A stretch of DNA of 64,000 nucleotides from Candidatus Latescibacterota bacterium. Lineage in GTDB: Bacteria > Latescibacterota > UBA2968 > GCA-2709665. The notes under the pieces were generated by a model that made no database searches, was not told where the DNA came from, and saw only the letters and a list, made by a program, of their open reading frames with translations. Location of the stretch: contig OZ250150.1 in NCBI GenBank assembly GCA_965237675.1, forward strand, positions 3,520,001 through 3,584,000. The letters are read 5' to 3'. This document shows, piece by piece, positions 10,356 through 18,105 of the stretch (the first letter of the stretch is position 1; the number at the start of each line of letters is the position of its first letter). A program made the position numbers and the translations under genes.

Positions 10356-10901
10356 CTACACTTTTTTTATGGCGTCTCCCACCCGCACGGTTCCCGGTTG
10401 AACAACTCGCGCGTTCAGGCCGCGCAGGCGGAGACGCTTTCCCACGCGCGAATTGACGAATTTCATGGCATCCACCCCAAACCGCGACACGAATTTCCGG
10501 CAACCCGTGTGGGGGATTTCGGTCACCTGGATTATCGCGTTGTCGAGCGAGAGCCGAGTTCCCGGCGGCAGGTTTTCTTCGCTCAGATTCAAGTCCACGT
10601 AGAGCTGATCTCCAGCCAATTCCCAGCGGTGGTTATTTTGTGCGACAAGAGCGGCGCACCGGGCGTTCATGACGTTGAGTTGCGTGTCGGGATCCGGCGT
10701 CCGGGAACTGCCGCGTGTTTTCCAGTTATCGCCGACGAGGCCCTCCGACGGGCTTAGTTCGCCTTCGGCAAGGACTTCGCGCTGGCCGATTGCCGGCCGT
10801 CGCACAATCAATTTTAGGATGCCCTCATCCTCCGGTGAATCACAGACCTCGTCCAATCCCGCTTCGAGTTCTTGCATTGTCAGATGTCTCACACTAACCA
10901 T
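10356..10901 (-). CDS. MOSC domain-containing protein
   Basis: GLVGDNW, AGDQLYVD, PHTGCRKF, RGLNARVVQPGTVRVGD. Confidence 0.9.
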   Translation of the reverse strand: MVSVRHLTMQELEAGLDEVCDSPEDEGILKLIVRRPAIGQREVLAEGELSPSEGLVGDNWKTRGSSRTPDPDTQLNVMNARCAALVAQNNHRWELAGDQLYVDLNLSEENLPPGTRLSLDNAIIQVTEIPHTGCRKFVSRFGVDAMKFVNSRVGKRLRLRGLNARVVQPGTVRVGDAIKKV

Positions 10902-11020
10902 TACCGGCCTCCGTTTTCGTTAGCGATTGGATCGTCCGTGGAATTTCAGGCCCTTCTCGGGATACGATCCGGATCGGGCCCGCATGATGCTGCAAATGCG
11001 CAATTGTCTTGCTGGACCTG

Positions 11021-11716
11021 TTACGTTGACGGCACTGGCCAGTCAAAGCCGTAACCCACTCCCCTCACGGTGGAGATCGCGGCGCCAATGCCAGCCAACT
11101 TCGTACGGAGACGCGCGACGTGCACGTCTATGGTGCGCATCCCGCCGTGATAATCGTATCCCCAGATCCGGTCGAGCAGATCGGACCGCGTAAAGACGCG
11201 TCCGCTGTTGGCAACGAGGTATTTCAACAGGTCGTACTCTTTCAACGTGAGTTCAATCAGTTCGCCTCCGACGCGAACTTCAAAGCGCGCCAGGTCAATG
11301 ATCAGATCGTCTACCTTGATCGTGTGCTCGTCGTCTCGCCTGACGGCGCGCCACAGTGCCAGGCGCAGGCGAGCTTCCAGTTGACCGAGAGAGTAGGGCT
11401 GGATGATGAAGTCGCTTATCCCCGTGGAGAAGTCCAGGTTCGGGGCGCGTTCCTCGTCGGCGACCAACAGCACCGGGGTGTTCCGGGCCCGGGAAGTTCG
11501 TCGCAAATTCAGAACGGTTTCAGGCAGACGGTCCGGGAAGGATTCGTCGTCAACGACGATCAGGTCCGGGGGTTCGACCTGTACGCTGCTGGGAACCGGC
11601 GTGTCTCCGTGGCTCGGATTCCACGGGGGGTATGACACGGTATACCCGATCGATTCCAGGTCTGACTTCAGCCGGTCGCCATAATTTTTATCAGCCAGCA
11701 GCAGTATATTGGACAT
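11021..11716 (-). CDS. OmpR/PhoB-family response regulator with atypical receiver (GlnR-like)
   Basis: Winged helix LTLKEYDLL...RTIDVHVARLR...TVRGVGY; receiver DLIVVD but IIQPY in place of xxKPF; ATG 11716 preferred. Confidence 0.85.
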   Translation of the reverse strand: MSNILLLADKNYGDRLKSDLESIGYTVSYPPWNPSHGDTPVPSSVQVEPPDLIVVDDESFPDRLPETVLNLRRTSRARNTPVLLVADEERAPNLDFSTGISDFIIQPYSLGQLEARLRLALWRAVRRDDEHTIKVDDLIIDLARFEVRVGGELIELTLKEYDLLKYLVANSGRVFTRSDLLDRIWGYDYHGGMRTIDVHVARLRTKLAGIGAAISTVRGVGYGFDWPVPST

Positions 11717-11996
11717 AGCGTCGGCCTGGCGTCGTGTCGATGGCGCATCCGGGATCGGGACAAGGACCGGGTTCCACCCTGTCCCGTCCGAATTGAGACT
11801 TGCAATCCGCAAGTCGGAAAATTACAGCGCGGAGAGCAACGTTGTCAAGAATTATCTGGCCGTGGCGGGGTCCCGAAGCGCGGCGGATTTTTGGGATGGG
11901 AGGCAGGACGGCCGGGCTTCAATTCGGTTCGGATTGAGCAGGAAGAGACCGATACGTCTCGCGCTTTGAACCAAAGCCACATCTGCAACGGTTTAT

Positions 11997-12086
11997 ATAT
12001 TACGATATTCCGGCGCGAAGTCAATAAATTTAAATCCTTTAAAAACAATTTATTATATTGACTTTTCCGGGTTCAGTCCTTATTTT
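11997..12086. promoter_or_regulatory. Back-to-back divergent sigma70-like promoters in an AT-rich spacer
   Basis: Minus strand: TTGACT (12024-12019), 16 nt, TAATAT. Plus strand: TTGACT (12058-12063), 17 nt, TATTTT (12081-12086). Confidence 0.45.
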
Positions 12087-12175
12087 CATGGGAAGTATAT
12101 CCGATCCGGTTCAATGCTCTCTTTTTCCAGCCACGTCCGGAGGGATCTCATTGTCTTACGAGGGAGAGGATACCT

Positions 12176-13189
12176 ATGGTCCCGAATCCGCATAGGTCCG
12201 AGCAGAAGCGATGTGAGGTTTGCGGGGTTGAGATTCCGACAGTCCGCATGGCAGAGGTGCCGGGCGTAATGAGGTGTGTGAAGTGTCAGAAGCTGCGCGA
12301 ACTGGGTAGACGATCCGACGTTGTTCAAAAGGGCCTGGTTGACCCGTCGTCGCCAGGTGAAGAGGAATCGGTGGAGGTAAGGGGGGATCAGGTCGTGTTG
12401 GGCAATTGGTCGGGGAGTTTAATGGAACTCGCAGGACGCGGCAGTCAGCTGATACGACTTGCGCGTATGGGCGACGTCAGCCGGGCTCGAGCGCTGGTGC
12501 AGGCGCTGCCGGTCGAGGAACAGGCGGCGTTGGTGGCGATGAGTGAAGAGCCCGAAGAGATGCTTTCGATGACCGGTGGAGACAGTTCCGGTGGACCCGG
12601 CTACAGCCGGCAGGTAGTGGAACTGCTGCCCACAGAGATTCTGGGAAACCTGATTTCAGTGAACCCGGACGAACGTAAGTTCAACACGGAACTGATCCGG
12701 GCGATGTCGCCGCCGGCTTTCCGGCGCGCAATGGCCGAAACCCTGGATCGAGTGGACGATTCCCGTTTGCGAACACGCGTATCCTGGGAGTGGCTCCAGG
12801 CCCTCGCCACACTTACGGATGTCGACCACCGGACAAAGTTGCTTCGCGCCGTGGATCCGGCCTTATTGGAGGATGCGCTGCTGGACCGCCAGACACATCT
12901 GGATTTGAACGCGGTCGTCGGCTTCGGCGGTTTTCAGGTGTATCGTTTTCGCCTCTTCTCGATCGAGGGGCTGGGCGGTACCCGCCCCAGCGCGTTCATC
13001 GACGATCCGGAAACTGGTATCGTGCTCGACGCGCTTTATGAAGCGTCGCCCGCCCTGCTTTCCAATATTATTCGCGTGGCCTGGGAACGAGGGAGGGACG
13101 ACGTCCAAGAGCAAATCACGGGTGAAACGCGCAAGCAGGAGTCGGCAGAGAACGGAGAGCAGACCAATGAGTGTTCTCGCACGAGTTGA
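12176..13189 (+). CDS. TraR/DksA C4-type zinc finger fused to a helical DUF6178-like N-terminal region
   Basis: CEVCGVEIPTVRMAEVPGVMRCVKCQ; ARALVQALPVEE and WEWLQAL...LRAVDPALL recall DUF6178; GAGGA RBS. Confidence 0.7.
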   Translation: MVPNPHRSEQKRCEVCGVEIPTVRMAEVPGVMRCVKCQKLRELGRRSDVVQKGLVDPSSPGEEESVEVRGDQVVLGNWSGSLMELAGRGSQLIRLARMGDVSRARALVQALPVEEQAALVAMSEEPEEMLSMTGGDSSGGPGYSRQVVELLPTEILGNLISVNPDERKFNTELIRAMSPPAFRRAMAETLDRVDDSRLRTRVSWEWLQALATLTDVDHRTKLLRAVDPALLEDALLDRQTHLDLNAVVGFGGFQVYRFRLFSIEGLGGTRPSAFIDDPETGIVLDALYEASPALLSNIIRVAWERGRDDVQEQITGETRKQESAENGEQTNECSRTS

Positions 13190-14075
13190 TTTTGAAAGTC
13201 TCAGGGGCGAGTCGGATGGGTTTTTGGGTCAGGCCATCACCCTGGGGGTAACGTATGGGAAACTGCCGGAACATACGCCGGACGCCCTGTTGGCCTATCT
13301 GCGAGCAGAAGGCACGAGGTTTGGACTGCGGTATCGCACAGGAATCGCAGTATCACGCGATGTACTCGAACGAGGGGTGCGCCAGGCGCTGGTCTGCCTG
13401 GAACTGGGTCTGATCGTCGCCGCGAAGGAAGACTTGAACCGGGCCGTGGAACTGCTTGCGGGGACCGATTTCGACGTGATCCGCAAACAAGGTTGGGAGG
13501 AAGCGTTTGTCCGCCTGGACGAGATGCGCCGAGTCTGCCGTTCCATAGCGGGGAGGCCTGAAGCGAATCTCCTGCAGGATTACAACTGGCAGATCGATCG
13601 TTGGTCCCGCATTGTCCAGGAGACGTGGACGGTTTCTGAGGGAGGGGATAACGACGAGGGTGAGATGCCGGTGGATCCGTTGCGGGACTTCGGGACGTTT
13701 CGAGAATTGCACGCCCGGTTTCGCTTTATCCGCCTTTTGCCGCCAGGGGTTTTGCGGGGTTTCGCGGAAGCTGTGAACGAGTGCACGTTCAGGGATTTCC
13801 TTCGACACCTGGTTCTGGCGCTGGCGCTGGACCTCAGGACGCTGGTCCCGACGTCAAGCCAGATAGCCGCATTCGAATCTGAATGTCTCGGGGACCGTGG
13901 GATGGCGGCCTGGGCGGGCGACAAGGTGACGACAAAAGCGAAGGAAATGGCACGCAGGGCGGTTGATGATTCCGGTTTACAGGTGCTGCTGATTCAGGAG
14001 GTGGAAGCGGAGATCGCTTCTCTTGAAGGGTGCTCTCACGATTCGCTATCCGGGTCTTTTGTGGCGGGCGTTTGA
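13167..14075 (+). CDS. Hypothetical helical protein (DUF6178 C-terminal/DUF6179-like)
   Basis: ATG 13167 with GGAG RBS, overlapping the upstream stop by 23 nt; LELGL...EDLNRAVELLAGTDFDVIRKQGW. Confidence 0.65.
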   Translation: MSVLARVDFESLRGESDGFLGQAITLGVTYGKLPEHTPDALLAYLRAEGTRFGLRYRTGIAVSRDVLERGVRQALVCLELGLIVAAKEDLNRAVELLAGTDFDVIRKQGWEEAFVRLDEMRRVCRSIAGRPEANLLQDYNWQIDRWSRIVQETWTVSEGGDNDEGEMPVDPLRDFGTFRELHARFRFIRLLPPGVLRGFAEAVNECTFRDFLRHLVLALALDLRTLVPTSSQIAAFESECLGDRGMAAWAGDKVTTKAKEMARRAVDDSGLQVLLIQEVEAEIASLEGCSHDSLSGSFVAGV

Positions 14076-14369
14076 GCGGATCTGGCCGGCTTTGTCCGTA
14101 TGAGACACCCGAGGGGCCCAATATCGGGCGAATCCGGGTGTTCGCACTCGGGGCTGAAATCCGCAGCGGCAGGGTGACCACGGTAGGCGAAGGGCGGCCG
14201 TCGGTCTGGGGGCGTCGTTGGTTCCTTTTCTTTAGCACAACGACTGTAATCGGGTGTTGATGGGTGTGAATATGATGCGGCAGTGGTTGGAGCAGGACGA
14301 CCCCGCCCCGGCCGCTTGTGCAGACGGGAAACGAGCCTGTGCCGATGCACGGGCCACATTTGGACCGCT

Positions 14370-15869
14370 TCAGGAAACGGATTTTCCGAAATGCCTGGCG
14401 AAGGCCAGAAAATCGGGGAAATTGACCTGACCGTCCCCATTCAGATCGAAGGTCGAATCGAAGTCGAGCGCGCCCTCCTCTCTGCCAAAATTCCGCGCGA
14501 ACAGGACGAAATCATTGAAATCCACCTGACCGCTGGCATCGAAATCGACGCTGATGATCGCCTCCCGCTCCCACGTGCGCATCCTGCCCATAAACGCGAG
14601 AATCGCTTCGGAATCGACGAAATCGTCACTTTCCAACATCAGCACGTCCCGCCCGTCTTGGGATACGGCAATTGATCCGGTGTCGGACGGATACTTCAAA
14701 GTGAGCAATTCACGATAGGCATCCACGAAGTCGTCCGCGTCGTCCTCCGTATCCCAACTCGTGTACACCAGAAGCAGCAGGTCCCGTCCGTCCCGCGACT
14801 GGAAGACCGCGTATCGGTCTCCGTTCCATCCTTGTGCCGCCGATTCACCGCGGACCTCCATGTCGAACTCGGCGAATACGATCCGCCACGTCAATTCTCC
14901 GATCGTATCCTCGTCCAGCAGCATCCAGTCGTCGAACAGACCCGCTTCCTGAAACGGCGGCCACGTAAACCGGTCCGGTTTTTCCCCGGTGACCCATTTT
15001 CCCGGATGCAGGATCTGTTCGGTCGAAACCGGGGGGTCCGCGTAGAGCCGGTTGACGGTGTTCCATCCGTACCCCTGAATCTGGTGGACAAAATTCATAC
15101 CGAAGATGTAGACGATGGCCTGCTGCAATATCATGAAATCAGGAAGTTTATCGATTGTCTGCAGTTCCTGTGGTGAACTGCCCTGCAATCTCGCAACTTG
15201 CTTCATCCCGCCCCGGAGTGACTCGACATCAAATCGCATCTGGCTTCCGATCATGCTCTGTAACAGCCCGCGTCCCGGCATCCGCCCATTGCGGTTGTTC
15301 AGGGCCCAGATGGTCTCGATGTACGTGGCCTCGCCCTCCCCGACCGCCTGGCGCGCGAGCTGTTCGTCGGAATTTAAAGAATCGACTTGCGCGGGCAGGT
15401 ATCGGTTCAGATCGAAATGCTGGTCCTGAAGACCATGGCAGAGTTCGTGAGCCAGAACAGCGTCCAGCACATTCTCAGGAAGGTTTTGCTTCAGGATGTA
15501 AAACCGGTCCACGTCGGGATCGTAATATGCGAGCGCGCCGGCTTGCAGAAACGTGAGTACCAGCGAGCGATCGAGGATGAACGCTCCGCTGTACAGCCCC
15601 AGTTTTCGAATCACGGGATCGTAATATTCCCAGTCCATAGCGGAATATTGCCGGTCGATCTGGCGTTCGGCGTACGCCTGAAACTCGGATGGACTCTGCA
15701 CCGCGACGTCGATGGACCACTTGAACTGCAGCCCCCGGATCTGCGAGATCTCTCCTTCAATCTGCCTGGCCCTGCGCCTGAGTTGAGCCAGACTCTGCGC
15801 CCTTGCGGGGACCTCCGAAAGGACGACTGCAAGACAGGCGAGCGGCGCCAGATATCGGATGAAGCCCAT
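14370..15869 (-). CDS. Secreted zinc metallopeptidase-like protein with C-terminal dockerin/EF-hand-like domain
   Basis: Signal peptide ending PARA; AHELCHGLQDQHF (HExxH) plus EGEA; PPVSTEQILHP; GWNGDRY; tail DFDASGQVDFNDF...DLNGDGQVNFPDF. Confidence 0.8.
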   Translation of the reverse strand: MGFIRYLAPLACLAVVLSEVPARAQSLAQLRRRARQIEGEISQIRGLQFKWSIDVAVQSPSEFQAYAERQIDRQYSAMDWEYYDPVIRKLGLYSGAFILDRSLVLTFLQAGALAYYDPDVDRFYILKQNLPENVLDAVLAHELCHGLQDQHFDLNRYLPAQVDSLNSDEQLARQAVGEGEATYIETIWALNNRNGRMPGRGLLQSMIGSQMRFDVESLRGGMKQVARLQGSSPQELQTIDKLPDFMILQQAIVYIFGMNFVHQIQGYGWNTVNRLYADPPVSTEQILHPGKWVTGEKPDRFTWPPFQEAGLFDDWMLLDEDTIGELTWRIVFAEFDMEVRGESAAQGWNGDRYAVFQSRDGRDLLLLVYTSWDTEDDADDFVDAYRELLTLKYPSDTGSIAVSQDGRDVLMLESDDFVDSEAILAFMGRMRTWEREAIISVDFDASGQVDFNDFVLFARNFGREEGALDFDSTFDLNGDGQVNFPDFLAFARHFGKSVS

Positions 15870-15882
15870 ACGGATCCGACCC

Positions 15883-16293
15883 TCAAGTCCCGGATTCTTT
15901 CTCAGCGGCGCGGTGGCGGGCCTCCCGGCCCTTTTCGGGGGTGGAATCTTTAACGAGGCCGTAGGATTCCCTGCCTTCGTGTCCTTCCGGCAGGTATTCG
16001 GTGATGGGCAGGCCTTCGGGGGTAACAAAGAGCAGGCAATGGCAGTACTTGTAGATTTTCATCTCGTCGCAGGCGCAGATCCACTCTCTGCTGCGTTCGA
16101 GTTCCGCTTTCTTGTCAGGGTAAAAGTTGCATGGGCACAGGGGACGGCCGAGTTCGTCGACGTGTGCGGCCAGACCGTTGACAACGGCTTCCGTGATGCC
16201 CCGGTCGGGATGGCCGGTCGTGCCGGTTTTCTCGCAATATTTCTCAAAGTAGACCCACATTCGCTTCAGACTTTTTTCCGATGGCTGGTCCAT
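15883..16293 (-). CDS. Ferredoxin:thioredoxin reductase catalytic subunit
   Basis: LCPC, ICAC and YCHCLLF cysteine motifs in a 136-aa protein. Confidence 0.9.
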   Translation of the reverse strand: MDQPSEKSLKRMWVYFEKYCEKTGTTGHPDRGITEAVVNGLAAHVDELGRPLCPCNFYPDKKAELERSREWICACDEMKIYKYCHCLLFVTPEGLPITEYLPEGHEGRESYGLVKDSTPEKGREARHRAAEKESGT

Positions 16294-16431
16294 TGGGGAT
16301 CTCCGGGGTTCGGGGGCGTGTCAGGGTCGATGGGTGAAGCGGAAGCGTCGGCGTGGCGCCCGCTGGCATCTGCGGGAACCGACAACAGCACGCTGTTGCA
16401 TTTTCGCAGCATGTGCGGTTCCGTGTTGACC

Positions 16432-16806
16432 CTATACATGTTGATCGACAAGAATCGGATTGCCGTCCGGGTCGACGACGACGAAGTTGGCAGGCCCTGA
16501 TGTATCTTCATCCGCTTCAGTGTGTATTTTTACACCCTTTTCCTTGAGTTGGCGCTGTAATTCTCTAACGTCCGTGTATGAATTCAGTTTCGCGGCATTT
16601 TCGTCCCATCCAGGGTTGAACGTCAGGATGTTCCGTTCAAACATCCCCTGGAACAATCCGACTGTACATCCCCCATTTTTCATAATCAGCCAGTTTTGCG
16701 ATACGTCGCCACCAAAGACGTGAAAACCCAGCTTCTCGTAGAATGATTTTGAGGTCTGAATATCGTTAACGTTCAAACTTACCGAGAATGCACCCAATAT
16801 CATCAT
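16432..16806 (-). CDS. VOC (glyoxalase/bleomycin resistance) family protein
   Basis: [42 protein letters not shown]. Confidence 0.92.
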   Translation of the reverse strand: MMILGAFSVSLNVNDIQTSKSFYEKLGFHVFGGDVSQNWLIMKNGGCTVGLFQGMFERNILTFNPGWDENAAKLNSYTDVRELQRQLKEKGVKIHTEADEDTSGPANFVVVDPDGNPILVDQHV

Positions 16807-16951
16807 TTCTCCCGGGCAGGCTTGCTACGTTGTGGTTGACTCTGCCGTTTGACAGTTCTTGATTCGATCCGTGCGGCCGATCGGATTGGTTGTGAACGGG
16901 CGGCAAGGGATAACAGAAGCCCGCCGTGGCCTCAACCCTAAATGTGGAGGA

Positions 16952-16980
16952 AAATTCAAAACCCCGGGTTTACCGGGGGT
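16952..16980 (-). terminator. Putative rho-independent terminator after the TIM-barrel gene
   Basis: Minus strand CCCCGG-UAAAC-CCGGGG hairpin followed by UUUUGAAUUUU. Confidence 0.4.
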
Positions 16981-17086
16981 AAATTGGTCTTTTCTTTTCC
17001 AGTTTGACAAACCGTTTCGACAGTCTCAGCCACAGCAGCATTGGGATACAAGACACCAGGGGTGTGCGATTGGGGAATTCCGGCCC

Positions 17087-17902
17087 CTAATATAGACTGT
17101 TGAGATAGTTCATCGATTTCTTGAGCTCGGCTTTGGGATCGCTCCCCCGCGGGATAGCGCATTCAAAGCCGCTGAAATGTCTATAGGATATGTCTTCCAG
17201 GGCTTCGAGGACAGGTCTGAAGTCCGTATGCCCGTAGCCCGGGAGGATTCGGTTGCTGTCGGCCAGGTGCACATTGGTGATCTGTTCGCCGCCGTTGCGA
17301 ATGGCTTCGGCCATATCGGACTCTTCAATACTCATGTGAAAGAAGTCGGCCATTAAAGTGACGCCGGGGCTATTGACGGCATTGCAGATCTCGAGCCCGT
17401 CCGCAATGGTGCACGGCCACCACTGTTCGTATCGGTTGAGCGGTTCAATAATGACACTGCATCCGCAGGCTTCGGCGTGCGGGGCGATATCGTGCTTGAG
17501 AATGTCGGTGAGCAGGCTGGATTCCAGCCGCGCGGTGGTCGCAAAAGGAGATAGATCCGGAATGCGGTGCCCATCCTGGAGTTTTATTGCAATCAGCGGA
17601 GGGAATATGACCCCGACGCCGCCCAGGTCGCCGCAGAGTGTGAGCGCGTCTTTCAGGTCTTGCGCCGCCTGCTTTCTTTCCGTGAGCCGTGCATCCAGAA
17701 GGCCCATCGTTCCCCGGATTGAAAAGATGTTGGGGATGACGCCGGTCTCCGCCGACGCATTGCGGATTTCGTTGGCGTGTTCCGCTGTGCTGCTGGTTGT
17801 GATTTCGATGCCTTCGATGCCGATCTCCGCAAGGATGCGGAATTTTTCCAGGATGGAATTTCCCGGCGCCATGGTTTCACGAATGGAGTATCTTAACGAC
17901 AT
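17087..17902 (-). CDS. Sugar phosphate isomerase/epimerase (TIM barrel)
   Basis: IEPLNRYE, MADFFHMSIEE, VHLADSNRILPGYGHTDF, GFEC. Confidence 0.92.
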   Translation of the reverse strand: MSLRYSIRETMAPGNSILEKFRILAEIGIEGIEITTSSTAEHANEIRNASAETGVIPNIFSIRGTMGLLDARLTERKQAAQDLKDALTLCGDLGGVGVIFPPLIAIKLQDGHRIPDLSPFATTARLESSLLTDILKHDIAPHAEACGCSVIIEPLNRYEQWWPCTIADGLEICNAVNSPGVTLMADFFHMSIEESDMAEAIRNGGEQITNVHLADSNRILPGYGHTDFRPVLEALEDISYRHFSGFECAIPRGSDPKAELKKSMNYLNSLY

Positions 17903-18003
17903 CTGCGGTTCCCTGGAAATTTGGCCGCCGGCCTACGGGTCGAAGTGAATTGGCGGAGCCCGTAAGTAGGTGGGAATAAGGCCCCGCGTCGCGTCGCGCG
18001 CGC

Positions 18004-18032
18004 AATATAGGGTCCGTGACGTGAAATGTCAA
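18004..18032 (-). promoter_or_regulatory. Sigma70-type promoter of the 17902 gene
   Basis: TTGACA (18032-18027), 17 nt, TATATT (18009-18004). Confidence 0.6.
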
Positions 18033-18105
18033 GGTTCGCCCCCGACGCGTTAGCAGAACCGTTCGAATCTCGTCGGACGCCGGGACGTGTAAGACCCGGG
18101 TCCCA

